Assembly: GCF_000711955.1 (NCBI RefSeq)
Contig: NZ_JONR01000006.1
Span: forward strand, 62,096 to 94,095
Source: Nevskia soli DSM 19509
Lineage (GTDB): Bacteria; Pseudomonadota; Gammaproteobacteria; Nevskiales; Nevskiaceae
Length of the DNA: 32,000 bases
Reading direction: 5' to 3'
Part shown: positions 27,050 to 32,000 of the stretch, piece after piece
How positions within the stretch are numbered: the stretch's first letter is position 1
Layout of the letters: each line of letters begins with the position of its first letter
Program-made: the position numbers and the translations under genes
The notes under the pieces: generated by a model
What the model saw: the letters and a program-made list of their open reading frames with translations, nothing else
Databases searched by the model: none
What the model was told of the DNA's origin: nothing

Positions 27050-28023
27050 GGCTGCGTGCCCTGCTCGTCCCGCTGCTGATTCTGCCTCTGCTGACTCTTC
27101 TCTCTCATCATGTGCTCGATCATGAACTTGCGCCGCAACAGGCCGCCCGGATCGTCCGGGATGCGCCGCAGCCATTGCTCCTGCGCCAGCTGCTGCTCGG
27201 TGGCGGGTTTGGCCGCCACGGGATTGCTCTTCTCATCGCCGCGCGCGCCGTCGCCGGCTTTCTGCTCCTGCGCGGCCTGGCCGGCGGGCTGCTTCTGCGG
27301 TTGCTGGGCGAGGCTGTCGGCGGCGTCGCGGCGCGCCTGCTCCGCTTCCCTGGCCTTGTCCTGGTCCTTCTGCTCGCCCTGCCCGGTCTGGTTTTGCGGC
27401 TGTTGGGCCGAGGGGTTCTGCTGGTCCTGCTTGCCGTTGCGCGCGTCGGCTTGCTGGCTCTGCTGATTCTGCTGCTGGTTCTGGGGCTGGCCTTGCTGGT
27501 CCTTCTGGGCTTCCTTCTGCTCGCCGTCCTTGCCGGACTGCGGCTGGCCGTTGCCCTGCTGTTGTTGCTGGTCCTGCTTCTGCTGGTCTTTCTGCTGGTC
27601 CTTCTGTTGCTGGCCGGAGGACGATTGCTGTTTCGATTTCTGCTGCTTCAGGGCCTGCTCGACCAGGTCGCGATTGTGCCGCGCATCGCGATTGTCCGGG
27701 TTGCGCGCCAGCGCGGTGTCGTAGGCCTTGAGCGCGTCCTGCAACTGGCCGGCGTGGACCAGGGCGTTGCCGCGGTTGTAGTGGGCGTCGCTGTCGTCGA
27801 AGCCGCTGAAGTCCTTGGCCGCGGTGTCATAGTCGCCGGCCTGGAGTTCGGCGTAGGCCTTGTGGCGCGGGTCGTTGTAGGTCTTTGCCGCCGCGGCGGC
27901 GTCGCCTTGCCGCATCAGCTGTTCGCCGCGCTGGTCCGGCGTATGCCACAGGCCGGACCAGAAGTCGGCATGCACGGCGGACGCGATCAGCAGGCCCGTC
28001 ATCAGGATCAATGCGCGCTTCAT
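27046..28023 (-). CDS. batC: TPR-repeat protein BatC with a long Gln-rich low-complexity region
   Basis: Signal/anchor MKRALILMTGLLIASAVHA. TPR-like segments are AYAELQAGDYDTAAKDF and YNRGNALVHAGQLQDALKAYDTALARNPDNRDARHN, followed by ~145 aa rich in Q/K/D. ATGA overlap with the batB stop. Confidence 0.8.
   Translation of the reverse strand: MKRALILMTGLLIASAVHADFWSGLWHTPDQRGEQLMRQGDAAAAAKTYNDPRHKAYAELQAGDYDTAAKDFSGFDDSDAHYNRGNALVHAGQLQDALKAYDTALARNPDNRDARHNRDLVEQALKQQKSKQQSSSGQQQKDQQKDQQKQDQQQQQGNGQPQSGKDGEQKEAQKDQQGQPQNQQQNQQSQQADARNGKQDQQNPSAQQPQNQTGQGEQKDQDKAREAEQARRDAADSLAQQPQKQPAGQAAQEQKAGDGARGDEKSNPVAAKPATEQQLAQEQWLRRIPDDPGGLLRRKFMIEHMMREKSQQRQNQQRDEQGTQP
27213..27648 (-). repeat. Coding low-complexity region of imperfect short tandem repeats (ctgctggtcYtt-like), encoding (Q/K/D/G)-rich sequence
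   Basis: The translation reads QQKSKQQSSSGQQQKDQQKDQQKQDQQQQQGNGQPQSG...QNQQQNQQSQQ...QQPQNQTGQGEQKDQ. The DNA shows repeated ctgctg/ctgttg/cttctg units. Confidence 0.8.
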
Positions 28024-29024
28024 AGCCAGCCCCGGCGCGACAGGAACGCGCCCAGCAACAGCAGCACCGGCAGCAGCCAGATGCCGCCGTCGCGCCAGTG
28101 CTCGATGCGGATGTCCTGCCTGGCGGTGGCGCCCTCGGCGCGCTCGCCGTGCGTTTGCAGGCTGGCGATCAGCTTGGGCAGTTCGGCCAGCGTGACGTAG
28201 TCGCCGCCGCCGGCCGCCGCCAGCTCCTTCAGCCGGCCTTCATCGAGATGCGTCATCACCAGGCCGCCGCGCATGTCCTGGGCGAAGCCGCCGCCGGCCT
28301 GGCTCAACGGCGCGCCGCCGCTGGTGCCGACACCGATGACGCTGAGCGTGGCGCCGCCCGCCTTCAGTTGCTGCGCCGCCGAGAAGGCGGCGGCCGGATC
28401 GGTGAAGCCGTCGCTGACCACGATGACGCGCTGTTCGCGCGCGCCGGCGCGGCTGAGCAGTTGCGCCGCCTGTTGCAGCGCGGGCGCCATGTTGTCGCCG
28501 CCGGCGGGCATGATGTCCGGTGTCAACGGCGGCAGCAGCGCGCGCACCGTGGCGACGTCGTCGGTCAGCGGCGCGACGGTGTAGGGCTCGCCGCTGAATG
28601 CCACCAGGCCGACGCGCGCGTCGCGCGCCGCGCCGAGGATGTCGTCGAGCGCATAGCGCGCGCGGGTGGCGCGGTCGGGCAACACATCGGAGGCGGACAT
28701 CGAGGGCGACAGGTCCAGCACCAGCACCCAGGCGGCGGGCGCGCGGAAGCCGGTGGAGACGTCGTGCTGCCAGCTCGGGCCGGCCAGGGCCAGCGTGGCC
28801 GCGGTCCAGGCCAGGGCCAGCCAGGGCCAGGGCGAGAGGCCGCCGGCCGCGGCCGCGCCTTCCAGGCGCAGGCTGGCGAACAGCTCCGGGTCGATCAGCC
28901 GCGCCCAGCCGCCCTCGCCGCCGCGGCGACGCGCCAGCCACAGCGCCAGGCCCAGCAGCAGCGGCAGGGCCAGCAGCCAGGCCGGGCGCAGGAAATGGAA
29001 GTCGTGCAGCGCGCTCAGGTCCAT
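28020..29024 (-). CDS. batB: VWA-domain protein BatB
   Basis: The ATG at 29024 gives MDLSALHDFHFLRPAWLLALPLLLGLALW (TM). The MIDAS-type motif is VLVLDLSPSMSASD, with VIVVSDG and a C-terminal TM. It overlaps batA by 10 nt. Confidence 0.85.
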   Translation of the reverse strand: MDLSALHDFHFLRPAWLLALPLLLGLALWLARRRGGEGGWARLIDPELFASLRLEGAAAAGGLSPWPWLALAWTAATLALAGPSWQHDVSTGFRAPAAWVLVLDLSPSMSASDVLPDRATRARYALDDILGAARDARVGLVAFSGEPYTVAPLTDDVATVRALLPPLTPDIMPAGGDNMAPALQQAAQLLSRAGAREQRVIVVSDGFTDPAAAFSAAQQLKAGGATLSVIGVGTSGGAPLSQAGGGFAQDMRGGLVMTHLDEGRLKELAAAGGGDYVTLAELPKLIASLQTHGERAEGATARQDIRIEHWRDGGIWLLPVLLLLGAFLSRRGWL

Positions 29025-30031
29025 GCGCGCTCCCGCAGCAGCACCGCCGGCAGGCTCAGCAGCAGGGCCAGGGCCAGCGGCCATGGATACCATTCGGTAC
29101 TCGGCCGGTACCACTGGTCGCGGCCGGCGCTGGGCTCCAGCTTGTCGATGCGCGCATAGACCTGCTGCAGCGCGCCGGCATCGGTGGCGCGGAAGTAGGC
29201 GCCGCCGGTGGTGTCGGCGATGGCCTTGAGGGTGTCCTCGTCGAGATCGTCGTTGCCGCTGTTGAAGCCGAAGAAGCCTTCGTGCACCGCCGCGCCGACG
29301 CCGATGGTGTAGATGCGCAGGCCGGCGTCGGCGGCGAGCTTGGCCGCTTGCAGCGGCGGCATGGCGCCGGCGTTGCTGCTGCCATCGGTGAGCAGGATCA
29401 GCACGGTGTCGCCCTTGGCCGTCTGCGCGTCGTCGCCTTTGTCGTCACCGCTGCCGCCGTCGCCAGTCCTGGCATCGCCCGCGCGCAGGCGCTTGATGGC
29501 GAGACCGATGGCGTCGCCGATCGCGGTCTGCGTGCCGGCCACGCCGATCATCGCTTCGTCGAGGAACTGGTGCACCGTGGCCAGGTCGGCGGTGAGCGGC
29601 GCCTGTATATAAGGCCGCGTGCCGAACAGGATCAGGCCGACCTGGTCGCCGTGGCGGCGCTGGATGAAATCGCCCGCCACCTTCTGCACCACCTGCAGGC
29701 GGGTGTAGTTGCCGGCCATGTCCGGCGTCTGCATCGAGCCGGATACGTCCACCGCCAGCAGCAGGCGCCGCCCGGTGGTCGGCACCGGCTGCGGCTCGCC
29801 CAGCCACTGCGGACGCAGCGCGGCACCGAGCAGCAGCAGCCAGATCAGCGCCAGCAGGATCTTGCGCCCGCGCGGCCCGATGCCCAGTGCCGGCACCACC
29901 TCGTCGCCGACGCTGGCGGCGAAGGGCAGGAACAGGGCCGCGCCGCGCGGGCGCACCGCCGGCAGCAGGCGCGCCAGCAGCCAGGGCAGCGGCAGGAACA
30001 GCAGCATCCAGGGCCAGGCGAGATGGATCAT
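29015..30031 (-). CDS. batA: VWA-domain protein BatA
   Basis: The ATG at 30031 forms ATGA with the upstream stop. MIHLAWPWMLLFLPLPWLL (TM), MIDAS LLLAVDVSGSMQTPD, ILLTDGSSN, IYTIGVG and a C-terminal TM. Confidence 0.85.
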   Translation of the reverse strand: MIHLAWPWMLLFLPLPWLLARLLPAVRPRGAALFLPFAASVGDEVVPALGIGPRGRKILLALIWLLLLGAALRPQWLGEPQPVPTTGRRLLLAVDVSGSMQTPDMAGNYTRLQVVQKVAGDFIQRRHGDQVGLILFGTRPYIQAPLTADLATVHQFLDEAMIGVAGTQTAIGDAIGLAIKRLRAGDARTGDGGSGDDKGDDAQTAKGDTVLILLTDGSSNAGAMPPLQAAKLAADAGLRIYTIGVGAAVHEGFFGFNSGNDDLDEDTLKAIADTTGGAYFRATDAGALQQVYARIDKLEPSAGRDQWYRPSTEWYPWPLALALLLSLPAVLLRERAWT

Positions 30032-30507
30032 GGGCGTCGCTTGCCCCGGCCCTTGAGGAAACTGCGCGCGCCGCTCAGCCATTGCTCGCGTGGCACCTCA
30101 ATCCCGCTCTTGCCGCCGTAGGCTGCGCGCAGCAGTTCGCGCCCCGGCGTGCCGGCCAGCGCGGCACCGCCGTGCGCGGCGACGAAGTCGATCCAGCGCT
30201 CGCCGCTCAAGCGCGCCACCGGCTCGCGGCCGAAACGGGCCACGGCGTAACGGCGCAGCAGGTGTTCGAGATTTTGCGCGAATGCCGCATCGTCGGCGCC
30301 GGCACGTTCCAGCTGTTTCAGTTCGCCCAGGGCGAGCAGGCGCAGGCGCCGCATCGGGCTGCGCAGCCACAGCACCACGGCCACGATTAGAGCAAGGCCC
30401 AGCACCAGCAGCAGCCACCAGCCCGGCGCCGGCGGCCACCAGCCGAAGGCGGGCGGCGCGTGCGCAGCGGCGAGCTGCGCCAGCAGTTGTTTGTCTACGC
30501 CGCCCAT
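30028..30507 (-). CDS. DUF4381-like small membrane protein of the Bat/MoxR operon
   Basis: The ATG at 30507 gives 159 aa. It has WWPPAPGWWLLLVLGLALIVAVVLWL (single TM after a PP/GWW motif) followed by LRLLALGELKQLE. The position between DUF58 and batA is typical. Confidence 0.65.
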   Translation of the reverse strand: MGGVDKQLLAQLAAAHAPPAFGWWPPAPGWWLLLVLGLALIVAVVLWLRSPMRRLRLLALGELKQLERAGADDAAFAQNLEHLLRRYAVARFGREPVARLSGERWIDFVAAHGGAALAGTPGRELLRAAYGGKSGIEVPREQWLSGARSFLKGRGKRRP

Positions 30508-31394
30508 GTCGGCTCCCGCAGCAGGGGCGGCACCGCCGTGGCGGCATCGTTGGGTGTATGCAGGCGCGTCAGCGGCAGGTTGAGGCGGCGCGCCGTATCG
30601 CGCAGGCCCTGCTCGCGCAAGGCCCAGGCGGCGCGCCAGGGCGCGCGGCTGCGCTCGCCGCTGAGCCACCACAGACGGCCCGGCAGGCCGACGCGGAAGT
30701 CGCCCGCCGGCAGACCGGCGGATTCCAGCGGATCGACGATCCACAGCAGGCGGCAGTCACAATTGGCCGCCAGGGCGGCGAGCCCGGACTGCGCCGCTTC
30801 GTCGAGCCCGCTGAAGTCGCTGAGGATGAAGACCAGGCTGCCCGGCTTGGCCAGGCGGCGCAGGGTGGTGAGGGCGCCGGCCAGCGCCGCCGGCTCCGGC
30901 GCGCCGGGCGCGCGCGGCTGCGTTTCCACCAGGGCCTGCAATACCGGCAGCACGCCGGCCTGGCGCGCGCGCGGCGGCAGGATGCGCGGGCGACCGCCGC
31001 CGGCCAGCACCGCGCCGAGACGATCCCCGCCGAGTACCGCGGTCCAGCCGAGGATCGCCGCCGCCCGCAGCAGCAAGGCCGATTTGAGCTGGCGCTTGCT
31101 GCCGAAGAACAGGCCGGGATGCAGGTCCGCCAGCAGCCACACCGGGCGCTCGCGGTCTTCGCGGAACATCTTGGTATGCGGCCGGCCGCGGCGGGCGGTG
31201 ACGCGCCAGTCGATGCTGCGCGCGTCGTCGCCCGGCGCGTACAGGCGCACTTCCTCGAACTCCAGGCCGCGGCCGCGCTGCGCGCTGCGCTGCGCCCCTT
31301 GCAGGCGGGCCAGCGGCGGGCGATGCGCGCGCAGGTTGAGCCCCACGGCGGCCCCGCGCAGGGCCACCAGCTCGGCCAGGTCCGGCAGGATCAT
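30495..31394 (-). CDS. DUF58-domain protein (MoxR-associated, VWA-like)
   Basis: The ATG at 31394 forms ATGA with the moxR stop. RGRGLEFEEVRLYAPGDDARSIDWRVTARRGRPHTKMFREDRERPVWLLAD is the DUF58 signature. Confidence 0.85.
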   Translation of the reverse strand: MILPDLAELVALRGAAVGLNLRAHRPPLARLQGAQRSAQRGRGLEFEEVRLYAPGDDARSIDWRVTARRGRPHTKMFREDRERPVWLLADLHPGLFFGSKRQLKSALLLRAAAILGWTAVLGGDRLGAVLAGGGRPRILPPRARQAGVLPVLQALVETQPRAPGAPEPAALAGALTTLRRLAKPGSLVFILSDFSGLDEAAQSGLAALAANCDCRLLWIVDPLESAGLPAGDFRVGLPGRLWWLSGERSRAPWRAAWALREQGLRDTARRLNLPLTRLHTPNDAATAVPPLLREPTWAA

Positions 31395-32000
31395 GGGGCC
31401 GGGACTTGGCTCAGCAGTTCTTCCACGCAGGCCTGGGCGCTGATGCCGCGCGCCTGCGCGGTGTAGTCCAGCAGCAGGCGATGGCGCAGGGCGTCCGGGG
31501 CGATGGCCTGGACGTCCTCCGGACTCACATAGTCGCGCCCGTGCAGCCAGGCGAAGGCACGCGCGCCGCGCTCGATGGAGATGGCGGCGCGCGGGCTGGC
31601 ACCCCAGCGCAGCCACTCGGCCAGCTTGGCGCTGTAAGGTGCCGGGCGGCGGGTGGCTTCGACCAGGGCGGCGATGTACTCGGCCACGGCGTCGGACAGG
31701 GTCAGGCCCAGCGCCTCGCCGCGCGCGGCGAACACGGTGGCCTGCGGCAGCGGCTTGGCCGGCGGCGGCAGTTCCTCGGCGGTCTGCGCCTCGCGCCGCG
31801 CCAGCTCCATGATGCGCAGGGTGGTGGCGCGATCCGGGTAATCGACCAGGGTGTGCAGCATGAAGCGGTCGAGCTGCGCTTCGGGCAGGGGATAGGTGCC
31901 TTCATGCTCGAGCGGATTCTGCGTGGCCATCACCAGGAACAGGCGCGGCAGCTGGTAGGTGGCGCTGCCGACGCTGATCTGCCGCTCGCCCATGGCCTCG
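31391..32000 (-). CDS. moxR: MoxR-family AAA+ ATPase, C-terminal part; the gene continues beyond the window
   Basis: The frame is open to the window edge (..EAMGERQISVGSATYQLPRLFLVMATQNPLEHEGTYPLPEAQLDRFMLH). This is the sensor/Walker-B-distal region of MoxR ATPases. It is the first gene of the Bat operon. Confidence 0.9.
   Translation of the reverse strand, partial: EAMGERQISVGSATYQLPRLFLVMATQNPLEHEGTYPLPEAQLDRFMLHTLVDYPDRATTLRIMELARREAQTAEELPPPAKPLPQATVFAARGEALGLTLSDAVAEYIAALVEATRRPAPYSAKLAEWLRWGASPRAAISIERGARAFAWLHGRDYVSPEDVQAIAPDALRHRLLLDYTAQARGISAQACVEELLSQVPAP

Noticed and set aside
27213-27648. Repetitive DNA that might be mistaken for a CRISPR or tandem-repeat array
   Set aside because: The repeats are short (3-12 nt), imperfect and in frame within batC. 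There are no spacer-like unique segments of constant length.
25535-31466. Series of long plus-strand ORFs (25535-27079, 27112-28200, 28098-29159, 28598-30121, 30090-31466) across the Bat operon
   Set aside because: All are antisense to genes with recognisable VWA/DUF58/TPR/BatD features. The translations are Arg/Ala/Gly/Leu low complexity.

Overview
High-G+C chromosomal segment that looks betaproteobacterial from gene content and order (uvrA, divergent MFS gene, ssb). That assignment is inference only. Most of the window is ordinary. It holds the 3' end of a sigma-54 activator, a secreted S53 (sedolisin) peptidase, an AraC-HTH/alkylguanine methyltransferase fusion, two GSTs, uvrA, an MFS transporter and ssb. 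It also holds a PAS histidine kinase with a single-domain receiver, a long AI-2E-family permease, a LysR regulator, a PNPOx-FNR-2Fe2S oxidoreductase and an EamA/DMT transporter. A translationally coupled moxR-DUF58-DUF4381-batA-batB-batC-batD operon runs off the right edge. The outstanding feature is a ~5.5 kb low-G+C island (~14.3-19.84 kb) with six co-oriented minus-strand genes and no mobility genes. It starts with a canonical type I Thoeris pair (thsA SIR2-SLOG, thsB TIR). This is followed by a tightly overlapped four-gene cassette: TIR-like/DUF1863, Nmad2-like, a MazG-like pyrophosphohydrolase with a large C-terminal domain, and a UDG-superfamily glycosylase. I cannot assign this cassette to any named defence system, and it is my best candidate for an undescribed nucleotide-centred immune module. 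Smaller observations: an orphan AbrB/VapB-type antitoxin with a possible vapC remnant in a low-G+C patch between the MFS gene and ssb; a REP-like hairpin family at three loci with compensatory stem substitutions; a MITE-like composite repeat downstream of uvrA; and a Gln-rich low-complexity expansion in BatC. I recognised no rRNA, tRNA, CRISPR array, transposase or integrase. All domain calls come from reading motifs in the supplied translations. No database search was run.
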